Source of the DNA: the human T2T-CHM13v2.0 reference genome, Homo sapiens
Direction: 5' to 3' (one strand)
Assembly (NCBI RefSeq): GCF_009914755.1
Contig: NC_060928.1
DNA: 64,000 bases
Every line of letters starts with the position of its first letter. The stretch's first letter is position 1. A program made the translations under genes and the position numbers. The notes beneath the pieces are model-generated. The model saw only the letters and a list, made by a program, of their open reading frames with translations. It was not told the DNA's origin and made no database searches. Below are positions 26,850 through 41,122 of the stretch, piece by piece.

Positions 26850-27071
26850 CATGGTTGGAAAACTATGACCTGAAGGTCAAATGTGGCCTGTCATCTATTT
26901 TTGTAAATAAAGTTTGATTGAAACATAGACATGCCTGTTCATTATGCATCATCTATGGTTACTTTTCCACTTTAATGGCAGAATTGAGTAGCTAGGGCAG
27001 AGACCATATGGCCTGCAAAGCCTCAAATATTTGCTATCTGGTCCTTTACAGGAAAAGTTTGCCAACCCTTG
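26850..27071. mobile_element. MER58A (hAT-Charlie MITE)
   Basis: ttttgtaaataaagttt ... atggcctgcaaagcctcaaatatttgctatctgg..aaagtttgccaacccttg. Confidence 0.85.
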
Positions 27072-28008
27072 CACTACGACATATGGTTTCTTAATGAAGA
27101 CACTTTATTACTACTTTGTCTTAGAAAAGATTTTACACCATCTATGGTGCTGGGACTAGGTGAAGCAATGAGGTGTCTAGGGCATAAAATTTAAGGAGAG
27201 CCTCTTAAATTTAAGGACAGGCCTCACTTGTATGACCTAAGAGAACACCTGCTTGCCTCGCCATGCTTCCCATCCCAAGAACCTTCATTAATACAAAGGC
27301 ATTATTCGTGAGTAACTTATGTGATTCCCTATATAGAACAACCCTTGATGACAATTCCTAGATGGGCTTGTGCACTTGAAAAGCTCATTTTATTTAAGTT
27401 GGGATAATCTTCACATCATGAAATAGAATTGCAACTCATGAACTCACGTGTAGTATCAGCCCTAGAGTAGCTTCTCCAAAATAGGGACAGTTTAGGATCA
27501 GCAGGCTCATTCCCTGATTCTAAAGACATTGGCCCATGACCAGTTGCTGCTGATTAGATGTATACTTTCTTGCCATCTCTGACTAGTTTTATTTTTTATG
27601 TTGAATGGAAGGTAATTTGTTGTTCAGTTTAAAAGTGAACTTATTATCTTCAATCTTCCTAATCCAACATCTGTATTCTCCTTTCTTTCTGGCACCACCT
27701 TACTCCAAAGTCTAAAAAACAAAAATAACCTTTGAATCCTTTCTTGTCTTTTCTTCCTCCATCTAATGGGTTGCTGAATATAGTCCATTCTAATTATGAC
27801 TTTTTAACTTATCTTCTAATCCCTCTTTTTGCCCCTGCCCTAGTTTGGGTATTTATCATTCTTACAAGGACTTTTTGATATATCCTTGATGAATCTATCT
27901 GTTTTCACCTTCTGTCTGTCCTTTGCTTTCTATAAGATGCCATCATAGCAATTTTCCTAAAGGTTGACCCAAATCGTATTGGTTTGGATCATCTACTGCT
28001 AAAAATGA

Positions 28009-28325
<317 letters not shown>

Positions 28326-30620
28326 TTAGTCACTCAAAGCCTCAATATACAGTCCATACTCCTTCATATATCATTCCAGGCTCTATTTGACTTAGACTTA
28401 ATCACCTCCAAAAACTTTGCAGTTTTGGAGGTGATTACCCCACGTGTATGATCACGCAATATCCTAAACACACATTGGTACAGGTCTATAATCTTTTATC
28501 TGTAAGTATAAGTAACCCACTACTTATTAAACATACCATACAGTTTTCCACCTTGTAGGAATTTGCTTAAGCTTTTTATTCTGCCTAGAATGAGCTTTCA
28601 TTAACCCCAACTATACCTGCTGAAGGCCTGTCCTGCTGTTCAGGGCTAGCACAATTGCCCTCTTCTTTACAGTATTTCTCTATTCTAAGCCAGAAAAAAA
28701 ATCTCTCTTTTTTTTTTTTTATTCTCATGGCACTTTGCGAAGCTCTTAAGATATTTCTCACATTCTTCATTGTTAACTGTTACTATATCCCATGTTAGAC
28801 TATGGGTGCCTTAAGTTTAATTCAATTCAACCAAAGTGTGCTGAATGTTTATTGTGTCAGGGACTGTGCTAAGTACTCATGACATTCATATTAGAGAACC
28901 CCTGGAATTGTTTACAGTGTAATGGGTAGATAATTCTGCCCTGTTACCCTTGTAATCTAGTCCAGCACCATCCATGGAAGGGATTCAGTAAAAATTATTG
29001 AATTCAATTGAATTAGGTCAATAACAATCATAAAAATAACTCTAAGGGTAGTAATGCTTGCCTTTCATTGAGCATATGATATACAGAGCTCACCATGCAA
29101 ACATTGCACATACTTTTGTTGATTTAATGTTCATAACAGTCCTATGAATGAGGGGCATCTCTAAACAGAAGCAATAATGCTAACATGGGAAATAAGGTTA
29201 GGCATAAATTTGCCAAGATGACAAATTTAGTTAGGTTCAACCTAGGCTTGTCTGACATAAAAAATCTTGCATCTAGTCTAGAGCTCAGTAAGTTTGGCCA
29301 AACCACTTGAATTCTCTGTGCTACAGTTTCCCTGTTGGTTAAATGAAGTGGAGGCCTTATGGTACTAAAACTTCTTGTACTCATTCTAGGGGTTTGGAGT
29401 TTTTACTGAGCTTCCATTTGGATGGTAAACAACAACAACAACAGCAGAAACCAAAAACCCACCAACTTGTAGTATTGGTCCACAGTGCCGTATCTGAAGT
29501 TCTAAAATCAAAAGGCTCTTATTACTAAATCTTTCTAAAATTAAATTGGCAGCAAAAGCTAACTGAATTGTTGTGAATATTTATTCTGTTTGGTGATAAT
29601 ATTTATTTATTTTACTACAGACATATTAGGAGATACTCACTCAGATTCACTGAGAGTGTTAATATATGGTATATGCTCTGTGTTTCCTTTCTAAAACATT
29701 CTGAACTCATATGCCCCTAAGATTTTCAGACACAAGATTATGTACCTGTACCAATATGTCAACATATTCAGCTTTGAAAACCAACTTGAGATACTCAGAA
29801 GTTTGTAGAGACACACTGTAGATCAGCAATCCAAGAGCAAGGAAACCGAAACCACTGGAGAGTGGGGGTGGTGGTACTGAAGTCATGGAAACCACCTGAA
29901 TATTGTGGAGAAATTGCTCATGCAGATCTCACGTGGGGATCACGTGCCTGTAGCACTGAGATTTTTGTGTTTGGCCCTAGCTTTGGTAAAACCATGGCTG
30001 ATTAATATTACAGACTTTGCTTTGAACAAGAGGGCACTGGAGGTGCATCCAGGAGGTGGAATTTCAATAAGCAGTTGTTCATTCTTGTGCAGTGATCTGT
30101 TGAAGCAATTGGAATGGTTTTAACTTGGAAAGGCCATCTCTTTTTTCCCATTTAAATATTTTCTCAAAAAGCATGCGAAGAATTAGAAAATCCCTGTCAC
30201 TGTTCTTCCCAAGGAACGACCTTTTTGTGTTTGACTATCCATTTCAAAGCTTGATTATAGGACATTTGGAAACTTGTAAAATTCTGTGTCCCCAAACTAG
30301 AAGAATGTTTTTATGAAGTGGAATTGTTACAGACTGTCTCTTTCAAATGTCAGTTTTTCAAAGTTTAACAAGAAAAGATTGAGTTGGCAACTGAAATCAC
30401 ATATTCCTGTATTTCTCAACTGTTCAAGTGCATGTTCATATCTGCCACAAATGTAAATTTCAGACGATTAGTGGGAAGCCCAAGTATTGGAAATAAAAAA
30501 AGGGAATATTTATGCAGAATTTAGTGCTCACTTGAAGATTTAAAATATGAGTTCTCTTAGCAGGGATGGTTTAAATAAATTAACTAAACAAGCATTAATC
30601 TTGTATTCTATGTTGGGCAC

Positions 30621-31125
30621 TATAATAGACTGAAAATGGCCCTCTGAAGGTGTTCATGTTCTGATTCTTAGGAATTGTGAGTGTATTAGCTTGCATGGTA
30701 AAACAAACTTTACAGATATGATTAAGGGAAGGATTTTGAGAGGAGGAGATTGTCCTGGACTATCTGTGTGGTCCAAGTATAATTACATGGGTCCTTAAAA
30801 GAGAAAGGTAGAAAGATCAGAGTCAGAGAGAAGAGGTAAAAGAGATAATGATTAAAGCAGAGGTCAAAGAGAAGAGGTGAGGATGAAGATGGGAGAAGAA
30901 GCCATGAGGGAAGGAATGCAGGTCGCCTCTGCCACCTGGAAAAGGTAGAAAGATGAATTCCACCTGAGAGCCTCCAGAAGGAATATAACTTTGCTGACAT
31001 CTTGATTAGCCCAATAAGCACTGTTTTGGACCTCTGGCCCCCAGAACTGTAACATAATGCATTTGTCTTGGTCCTGCCACTAAGTTTGTGGTAATTTGTT
31101 TTAGCAGCAATAGGAAACTAATACA
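30621..31125 (+). mobile_element. MLT1D-like LTR
   Basis: ctttacagatatgattaag ... gagcctccagaagga ... aataggaaactaataca; TSD ggcac/ggcag. Confidence 0.85.
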
Positions 31126-31170
31126 GGCAGTGTGGCAAGAGAACACAGGAGCAGTTAAAGAAATTGATGG

Positions 31171-31420
31171 GAGGTGGGGGATCACGAGTTCAGGAGATCA
31201 AGACCCTCCTGGCCAATATGGTGAAACCCCGTCTCTACTAAAAATACAAAAATTAGCTGGGTGTGGTGGCACGTGCCTGTAATCCCAGCTACTCGGGAGG
31301 CTGAGGCAGGAGAATCGCTTGAACCAGGGAGTCAGAAGTTGCAGTGAGTTGAGATCACACTCCAGCCTGGGTGACAGAGCGAGATTCTGTCAAAAAAAAA
31401 AAAAAAAAAGAAAAGAAAGA
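31171..31420 (+). mobile_element. 5'-truncated AluSc-like
   Basis: Alu body and A tail; TSD aaagaaa(tt/cc)gatgg at 31157-31170 and 31421-31434. Confidence 0.92.
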
Positions 31421-32668
31421 AAAGAAACCGATGGTGTGAATGGTGTGAATCTAGAAAGGTGTGAACCAAAGAAAGTTGTAAACTTGATGCATGGTAGGCA
31501 TGAGATCAAAGGAATTCTATGTTACTTTTTTTTGTTGAAGGAGGATTCTAGGTCAATTTTTTTTTTAATTTGAGACATCATCTTTGCAAGTTCGAGCCAC
31601 GCCCTCTTCTAGGGGAATTCCCCTATATCTTTGTTTTATATAATCCTGCTTGACCCCAGGTCACAGCTGACAGGACAAAGGAAAGACATTTTTCCCTGGA
31701 CTTATAATGAGCTGTGACCTCATGGAAAAATAGGAGCTTGCTCCATTGTTTTCCTCCCTCAAGGATGTCTGGAATTGAGGTACTGAGAGGCTGAGTTGGT
31801 TGGTGGTTGGCACTGGGGCTCAGAAGTAGCTTTGGCAGGTGGGACGGCCATTTTGAGACCACAACAGATTGAGTGTGTAAAGAAAACTGGTTCTTTCTTA
31901 AGTATATATTTTTCTGTTTTGTCTCTGCTGCTTGAATCAGAAGGGAAAGCTGTTTCTGAAAGACGAAATGGAGCAGATGTGTTGAGAGAAGCTGGGATGG
32001 AAGAGATCAGTTTTCCCTGAGAAGCAAAGATTTTCTCAGCTCCCAACTTCAATTCTTTTGACTTCCACTTGCCATTATTTTCTGTCATTGAGTCCCTGAT
32101 CTATTTCTGTCATTTAAAATAATGTCCACTGCATCTATATCTACTACCCAACTGCCCCCAGTGCCACCTTTGTATATGAGTTCATCTGGGTTGGTTTTTG
32201 TTATATCCAAAAGACCTCTACCTCAAATATGTTTCATATTTTCTAAGATCAAATAGGCAGAAATCAGCTTAATTAGAGAAGATAATATTGACTATGAAAG
32301 AAAGCTATAGAAGTTTTAATCCTTAAAATAATCAATTCTGTCCTAAATACCCAGAAGCAGAATGGGATCCAAATGACCTCTCAAAGTTTCAAAATCCCTA
32401 GATTGGTAACAGGTGATCATTTAAAAAATACACATTTATTCAGAAGGAGAATTTGTTTATCAGTGACTTACACTATTCTGAAAAACAAAGTTAAATAACC
32501 CTTTGGCAGTTTTATTCTCATTCAATACTCACATGCTCCTAAGGTGGCAGTATTAACATTCCCATTTTACAGATGAGGATACTGAGGTGTAGAGAGACCA
32601 GTGATTTATCCAAGATCCTTTGACTGAGTTTTCTGGGTCTGGGGCTCTCCTCTTAAAAATCCCACTCT

Positions 32669-33119
<451 letters not shown>

Positions 33120-33712
33120 TTAAAATTTACTTATCTTCCTTTCAACAGACAGTTATCATGTGGTTTGAATTACATTGATTGGCCATCATTAATGACTTCT
33201 CCACAAAGGGGGAAAAAGGAATTTGATATTGTGATCAGGTCTGAAGTAGGTGACCATGAACGCTGGTAAAATAGAGTCACATGTTTCCGGCTCAGGAACA
33301 TTAGTTAACATGAGAAGTGGGATGTCATAGTGAGAACAGTTCAGTCTTTGTAGTGAGACAGACTGGGATTAAATGTGGGCCATGCCATTTGTCAACATTG
33401 AGACTCTCTGAATCTGTTTTCTCATTTTTAAATGGGAATAAAAACACCTATCTCTAGAGCTTAGCGCTTGGATTTGGCAAAATGCATAGTACGAGTTCAA
33501 TAAATGAAAGCTAATATTATTTTCATGTTCAAAGTCAATGGAAAGAGTTGGCTATGAAAACCCTCACACATACCAATACCCAGATTATTTTATCATTTTA
33601 TCTTTAGATATCTCATTCACAAATATAGAAATGTGGGTTTATGGGGGCCCAGGGGTGGGATGGTGAAATACTCTCTTTGAGAGAAAAAAGGATAGTTTAT
33701 AAAATTTCATGA

Positions 33713-34648
33713 GTATGTTAGTTTTATTGCTACTGTAACAAATTATCACATATTAGCTGCTTAAAACAACAAAAATTTGTTACCTTAGAGTTCTGCAGGT
33801 CAGAAGTCTGACATGGGTGTCTGTGAGGCTGAAATCAAGATACCTGCACGTCTGTGTCTCTTTCTGAGGGATCTTTGGAAGAGTCTGTCTCTTGGTGCAT
33901 TCAGGTTGTTGGCAGAATTCAGTTCCTTGTGATTGTAGAACTGAGGTCTTTATTATCTTGCTCTGGCTATCAGCTAAGGACTGTTCTCAGCTTTGAGAAG
34001 CCATCTGCATTCCTTGGCTCATGGTGGGTCTCCTTCCTCCATTTTCTTTCTTTTTTTTTTCTTTTGAGATGGAGTCTCACTCTGTTGCCCGGGCTGGAGT
34101 GCAGTGGTGCGATCTCGGCTCACTGCAAGCTCCGCTTCCCGGGTTCACGCCATTCCCCTGCCTCAGACTCCTGAGCAGCTGGGACTATAGGCGCGCACCA
34201 CTACACCCAGCTAATTTTTGTATTTTTTTAGAGATGGGGTTTCACCATGTTGATCAGGCTTGTCTCAAACTCCTGACCTCGTGATCCGCACAACTTTGCC
34301 TCCCAAAGTGCTGGGATTACAAGCATGAGCCACCGCGCCTGGCCCTCTTCCTCCATTTTTAAAGCCAGCAGTAGTGGGTTGAGTTTCTCTCAAGCTGCCA
34401 CTTCTCCTCCTCTTCTTCCGTTGTTGCATCTCTCTGACCCACTCTTCTGTCTTACTCTTCCACTTCTAAAAACTCATGTAGTTATATTGGATCCACCTGG
34501 ACACTCTAGGGAACTCTTCCCAATTCAAGGTCCATACCTTAATTGCATCTGCCAAGTCCCTTTTGCCATGGAAGGTAACATGTTCACCCGTTTCACGGAT
34601 TAGAGAACGGACATCTCTGGGGAGAGGATGAGTTATTCTGCTACCAAG
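33713..34648 (-). mobile_element. MLT1 (D/E/F-like) LTR interrupted by an Alu
   Basis: attgctactgtaacaaattatcac..gcttaaaacaac ... gccaagtcccttttgccatg. Confidence 0.8.
34042..34344 (-). mobile_element. Alu with mixed S/Y diagnostics
   Basis: Antisense dimer; TSD cttcctccatttt on both sides. Confidence 0.95.
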
Positions 34649-34859
34649 TGAGAAATAGCACAGAAGTGTGTCTTCCAAATATGGAGTTGTTATGCATGAT
34701 TCACAGTACATTCCAGTTTGCAAAATAAATGAGATGGTGTCAAAAATACCCACTTACCCAGACAGAGAGAAAACACATGATTGTGCATAATTTGGCTTCT
34801 GCTTACCTTGCTCATCTCTCACCATTCTATTCCTCTTTTGACCATTCTATTCCTCCTTA

Positions 34860-35325
34860 TACTGAACTTTTTATTTCCAGAAAGTGAGTGAATATACAAA
34901 CACTGGCCAGGTCATATCTGATAATAAAACTCAGACTGACAAAGGAAACCCAGGAAGCCAAACCTTAGCCTCTGCAGCAATCAGCCCAGAGTAGTCACAG
35001 TGTGGTCAACTGATACCTTCTCTATTTTCTAACCCCCTGCTCTCTGCTTCCAACTCAGGAGCAACCTGAGAAAACCAAATGTGCTCCCCAAACTAATCAG
35101 AAAGGATGCCCTGCTTCTAGTTAGCTCTCCAATAGCTTCCCAAGGCCAACAAACTTTAATCAGGGCACACCCAAGGGTTCTCTTTTTTCCACTCTAAAGC
35201 TTTTCCTCTGTCCTGACTGTATTTGAATACCTGCCAAATGCAAGTATTGGTGGCTGACTCTCTTGCTATAGCAAACTCTGAGTAAATAGTCTGTTTTTCT
35301 CATTTGAGTGGTCTTTGTTTTAACA
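34860..35325 (+). mobile_element. ERV1 solo LTR, MER34/MER39-like
   Basis: cctctgcagcaatcagcccaga ... ggctgactctcttgctatagcaaactctgagtaaatag ... ttaaca. Confidence 0.6.
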
Positions 35326-37075
35326 TTTCCTTTGTGTATTGTTTTTGTTTCCTCTTTTTCTCTTCCTTGATCACATTTTTCTCCTTACCTTAAGCGATTA
35401 ACTTGTATTCATATTTTAAATATCAGCTTAGATGTCACTAATAACAATAATAATTACTATTTCGGTGATAGCTAACCTGTACTGAGCCCTTACCATATGC
35501 CAAGAACTGTTCTAAACATGTTTAATTTACCAGCTCATTAAACTCTCACAACAGTTAACTGAAGAAGGTTTCTCTTATTATCCACATTTCTCATACAGGA
35601 AAAGATAATTCAGAGATATTAAGGATCTTGCCCAAGGTTGCAGAGCTACTAGGTGAAAGACTTAGGACAGAATTTAGGTGGTCTGGCACCATAATTCACT
35701 CTTGAAACAATTACGCTATGTTGCTTTCAGAATATTTTCAAATACCCTGAGTTTAGGATGGATATCCCTTCTCATATGTTTAAATAGGACTCTGTAATTT
35801 ATCTACTACTCTATTGTAATTGTTTATGAATTTCTCTGTAGTCTCTGCTACTAAGCTCCCTGAGGACAAGGGTGGTGTTTGTTTTGCTTATGTTTGTATG
35901 TCAAGCATATAGTAGTTTCTCTATTAATGTGTATTTAAGGAATTAACAAACAAATGATCGAATTAATGAAATACATACAAAAGTGTGAATTGTTATTTTT
36001 AAAAATTGGAGGCTCTTAAGAAAAAAGAAAGGGACCTTAGGCAGACTTTCAATGCAACACACTTCTACATATGACTTCATAATTTTTATCCAGGAAACAA
36101 CTTCTTAAAACAGGGCAGCTTCTCTTGTCTAAGCTTAGGTTGCCTCCATATTTTTAAATATAAAACCACATGAAATACTAACATCAGCCTCTTCCCAGAA
36201 AGCCTCTTCCAAGCTAATCGTCATCATTAAGCTAGACTCAGTGAATTCTTGACATAAATTCTGAGCCAGGTCATGTTCAATTTAGAAACTTTCTTCTGAA
36301 CTCTGCAGCAAGCCTAAAAACTCTCTCTTACATACTTGCAGTCCTGGAAAAATCAGATGAGAGCCAGAGGTGGCTATGTATCCCCATGAACTATGTTGGA
36401 GTTTTAGAGCAAACCTCCAACTGGGTGCTTTTAATGTCCTAAGCCTCTGGCTGTCTGTCCTTGTAACCCAGATTCTGGGGCAGATGCTGAGCTCTTGTTC
36501 ATTCTCAGTAGGTCTCTTTTCCTAGACTTGTGAGACTAGTTGACCTGGAAAAGCATTAAGGCAGTCATCTGGATCAATTCCTTTACTTTATATTTAATAC
36601 CATCGGATCCATGCATTTATTAAAGAAATATTTATTAGCCTCTAAATTTCTGGTACTATCCCAGGATTTGGAGATCCAGAGGTGAATTAAACAAGCCTTC
36701 TGCTATCATGGGGCTTATATTCTAGTGGGGCTAAGAGACAAAAATGAGCATACATACAAATGCATGAAATCATTTCAATATGTATGAAAATAACACAAAG
36801 TTAGATAACAGCGATCTGCCTAAATGTATCCATTTCAATACGTTTATCTTTCAATCATGTCACCCCATTAAACTCCTACTTCCTGATCAACTACTCTTCT
36901 TTGGAATTCTCAGTGTTTCCTCTCAGTCTTTCATTGATTATATCAAGGAAGTAGTAAAACTTGTTTTGAATAAAAGTCATTCAGAAAATTGTTTTTGATA
37001 TTCTCCCTTTTAAAATTTATTGCCAATATACTACAAATAACTTTTCTTCTTAGGGCACTTTCTTTTTCCTCCTAG

Positions 37076-37872
37076 GAATTGATTATTACAACAAGATCAT
37101 CGATGATTTGTTAAAAAATGGGGTTACTCCCATTGTGACCCTCTACCACTTTGATTTGCCTCAGACTTTAGAAGACCAAGGAGGTTGGTTGTCAGAGGCA
37201 ATCATTGAATCCTTTGACAAATATGCTCAGTTTTGCTTCAGTACCTTTGGGGATCGTGTCAAGCAGTGGATCACCATAAATGAAGCTAATGTTCTTTCTG
37301 TGATGTCATATGACTTAGGTATGTTTCCTCCGGGTATCCCTCACTTTGGGACTGGAGGTTATCAGGCAGCTCATAATTTGATTAAGGCTCATGCCAGATC
37401 CTGGCACAGCTATGATTCCTTATTTCGAAAAAAGCAGAAAGGTATGGTGTCTCTATCACTTTTTGCGGTCTGGTTGGAACCAGCAGATCCCAACTCAGTG
37501 TCTGACCAGGAAGCTGCTAAAAGAGCCATCACTTTCCATCTGGATTTATTTGCTAAACCCATATTCATCGATGGTGATTATCCTGAAGTTGTCAAGTCTC
37601 AGATTGCCTCCATGAGTCAAAAGCAAGGCTATCCATCATCGAGGCTTCCAGAATTCACTGAAGAAGAGAAGAAAATGATCAAAGGCACTGCTGATTTTTT
37701 TGCTGTGCAATATTATACAACTCGCTTAATCAAGTACCAGGAGAACAAGAAAGGAGAACTAGGTATTCTCCAGGATGCGGAAATTGAATTTTTTCCAGAT
37801 CCATCTTGGAAAAATGTGGATTGGATCTACGTGGTACCATGGGGAGTATGTAAACTACTGAAATATATTAAG
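37076..37872 (+). CDS. GBA3: GBA3 coding exon 3 (797 nt, phase 1-0), contains acid/base Glu165 (TINEA, codon 37282-37284)
   Basis: Acceptor tttttcctcctag|GA, donor AAG|GTAAAT. Overlaps ORF 37108..37884 with GH1 motifs [27 protein letters not shown] and AVQYYT; matches the recalled human GBA3 protein. Confidence 0.98.
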
Positions 37873-37939
37873 GTAAATGCATGATTTTTTGTGTGTCCAT
37901 GTACACCCAATTATGTGAAGGTGGGCAAGACAGGCATAT

Positions 37940-37962
37940 GTATATATATATATATATATATG
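37940..37962. repeat. (TA)n microsatellite in GBA3 intron 3
   Basis: Seen directly. Confidence 0.9.
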
Positions 37963-38616
37963 GACCTGAAAAAAGAATTACTTTAGGTAATAGCATATAC
38001 ATTTGCTGGCCTGGGAAGAGCAGATTAGGATTTGAGTTGATGAGGGGTAACTAGCCGGTAAAGGCTTCAAAAGCAGTGGTCAAAGTCTAGGATTTGTTGT
38101 TAAAGTTAGTTGTGGCTATAGAAGTAATTTGGACATATTTTTCAATCTGGTGTCACAACTATGATTATAAAAGACATTTTAAGGATTGAGATAGTTGGAT
38201 CCTTTTTTTGAGTCTCAGCTATAGTGGATGACATCCAGTTAGCTAAAATTAAAATTTCAATTACAGGTTTTCAGAACCCCTCCTATGGGGGATGTAGAAT
38301 GTAGCTACTGGCAGGACTGAGGGGTTAAGGAGCAGTGACAATCAACAGATGCTGATGGAAGAAAGATATTTCTGTCTTCTCATTATAATAAGAGTCATTT
38401 GACTGTCTTCATGGACATTTGCACAGTTTTGCGTTTCCATTGTTAGTTATAAAAGGTCAGTGCATGGAAAATTAAGTTAATAGGGTCAGTGCAATTTGAT
38501 GAAAACTAGTTTTGGGGTTGTAGCTTACAGAAGATAGAGGGTAATGTACCTGATTTTATGAGCTTTCTTTTTTTAAAACATCTGTTTGGAATAAAACTTC
38601 TGTTCTTTTTTTTTAG

Positions 38617-38740
38617 GATACATATAATAACCCTGTAATTTACATCACTGAGAATGGGTTTCCCCAGAGTGACCCAGCGCCTCTTGATGACACTCAACGC
38701 TGGGAGTATTTCAGACAAACATTTCAGGAACTGTTCAAAG
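38617..38740 (+). CDS. GBA3: GBA3 coding exon 4 (124 nt, phase 0-1), [17 protein letters not shown]...QELFK, contains nucleophile Glu373 (codon 38650-38652)
   Basis: Acceptor tctttttttttag|GAT, donor AAG|GTACCA. GH1 signature IYITENG, in frame with exon 3. Not called in the ORF track. Confidence 0.97.
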
Positions 38741-39376
38741 GTACCATTTGAAATGATGAAAGATCAATTGTGCAAACTTAATATAATTTTCCCATTTGCT
38801 TATTTGCATTCAGCAAAGACCAATAATTTTTGAAAGCTGAAATCCATGTAAATCAATGCAAAGCCATATAATTAGGAGAGGGGGAAAAAGTATTTAGGAA
38901 AGAGGAAGTGGAGGATTTTGGCCTAGCTACAACCTCCTGAAATTGAATCAAGTGAAAAGTGACTGTCTTCAGCATTTTGTGACTCCCAGGTGAAGGTGAC
39001 AAGAACAGAAGGAGTGGTGGCTGTTGGGAGAGAACATCAGTTATTACAGAATAGATTAGCACTGATCAACTATAACATGCTTATTTGCATATTTTAATAT
39101 CCTAACTACCAAAAAAAAATGAAATGACAGGATTTTTAAAGAACCCAAATTAAGCATCTGTGCAATAAACTTAAAAATGGCACAAGTCCTCCATCAATGT
39201 ATGTTGCATTTAAGCTGTAACCAAGCAGCCCAGTTAGAAACATTTTTATTGTCGTATGGAAAATGTGAGTTGTGTTTTAAGATAATGTTATTTTAGTATC
39301 TCTTTTCCCTCCATGGAATTCTTTTCATATGAATTCTTAACATATTTGAAAACAGTCATGAAGGAATAACCTCTAA

Positions 39377-39742
<366 letters not shown>

Positions 39743-40847
39743 AATTTCTCCTTCTTAAAAAGGAATCATGTCATAGCAACAAAATCCAATGTAAAATAAG
39801 ACTTTAAATTTCCTTTTTTTTTTTAAACCATGATAGCCACACTTATTTCTTATCATTCTGAGAGGTTCCGACATTATTCTTTCTAAAATTATTCAGTATT
39901 ACACTGGTAATCACCAGAAGGAATTCTGGAAAGTGACACAAAGTGGTCTTTTTCCAAAACCTGAAATTTATTTACTGGATCCTTCACTCAGGCCTGGAGT
40001 TTATTGGCAGAGAGCAATTGGATTCTTGCAATTTGACCCAAGTGAAGAAATTATTTTGTATTGCACACAAAATAGATTCTTCCGGGTAGGAGTTCATCTT
40101 CTGATAAGAGAGGGAAATCTCTAGTTTTCTGAGATTCCTCTCCACTTCTCCCTGTAGATGGGTCCTGTTCATAGTTAATCTATTGATATTCCCAGGCTTT
40201 ATCCTGAAGAACAAATAGGCTAGTTACTACCCGGCAGATTTATGGATGGCTACAGGGAACACAAATGACTTGCCTAAAATTGCTCTGTGTATTTTTGGGA
40301 AAAGAGAGATAAACAGAAATTGCTTTTTTTTTTTGTTTCCATTCCCAGCCTGGTACTCTGTTCAGCGCTAATCATATAGAGGCATTTCGTTGTTTTTTCA
40401 AATAGTTTCAAGTACTTTATACCATCCTTTACATCTTTAATGCTAAATGCTTAATGATCGACCCCAAACTAAGGTGATTCAAGGATAGAAAAGTAACAGA
40501 AGATAAGAGTGGAAAATAAAAAAAGATTTGGATTTCTAAGAGACGGGAGAGAATAGGGTTAGGACAAAAAATATGTTTTTCAATTTGTTGAACTTCTATT
40601 TTGTCTTCAAATTACTTGATGAGAGGTTTATTAGGCATATAAAACATATACTGTCTACAGCATCTATGTTCTCTTCTGAATCTTAACAGTAGGCTAGCTA
40701 TATTCACTGTAATAGACACGTACTATTTTTGTTTTGCCTTTTAAAAAAACGACTTTTTAAATGTGTAGAAATATATATATTGAGAAGAAAAACATACGCA
40801 TAAATGTATTTATTCTGGACTGGGTATAGTGGTGTGGTAACTTTTTT

Positions 40848-41122
40848 TTTTTTTTGAGATGGAGTCTCGCTCTGTCACCCAGGCTGGATGCAGTGGCATG
40901 ATCTTGGCTCACTGAAAGCTCCGCCTCCCGGGTTCACGCCATTCTCCTGCCTCAGTCTCCCAAGTAGCTGGGACTATAGGCGCCCGCTACTACACCTGGC
41001 TAATTTTTTGTATTTTTAGTAGAGACCATAGCCAGGATGGTCTCGATCTCCTGACCTCATGATCTGCCCGCCTTGGCCTCCCGAAGTGCTGGGATTACAG
41101 GCATGAGCCACCGCGCCCCACT
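40848..41122 (-). mobile_element. AluY with a ~15-bp internal deletion
   Basis: Long perfect TSD GTGGTGTGGTAACTTTTTT (40829-40847, 41123-41141). Lacks ggggtttcaccgtgtt after agtagagac. Confidence 0.95.

Noticed and set aside
34820-34856. Short tandem duplications (accattctattcctc x2; also 25618, 27188, 46561, 59125)
   Set aside because: Ordinary slippage products with no further structure.
37108-37884. 258-aa ORF as a standalone gene
   Set aside because: It is GBA3 exon 3. The start is a TTG inside the exon and the last residues (VNA*) are intron read-through.
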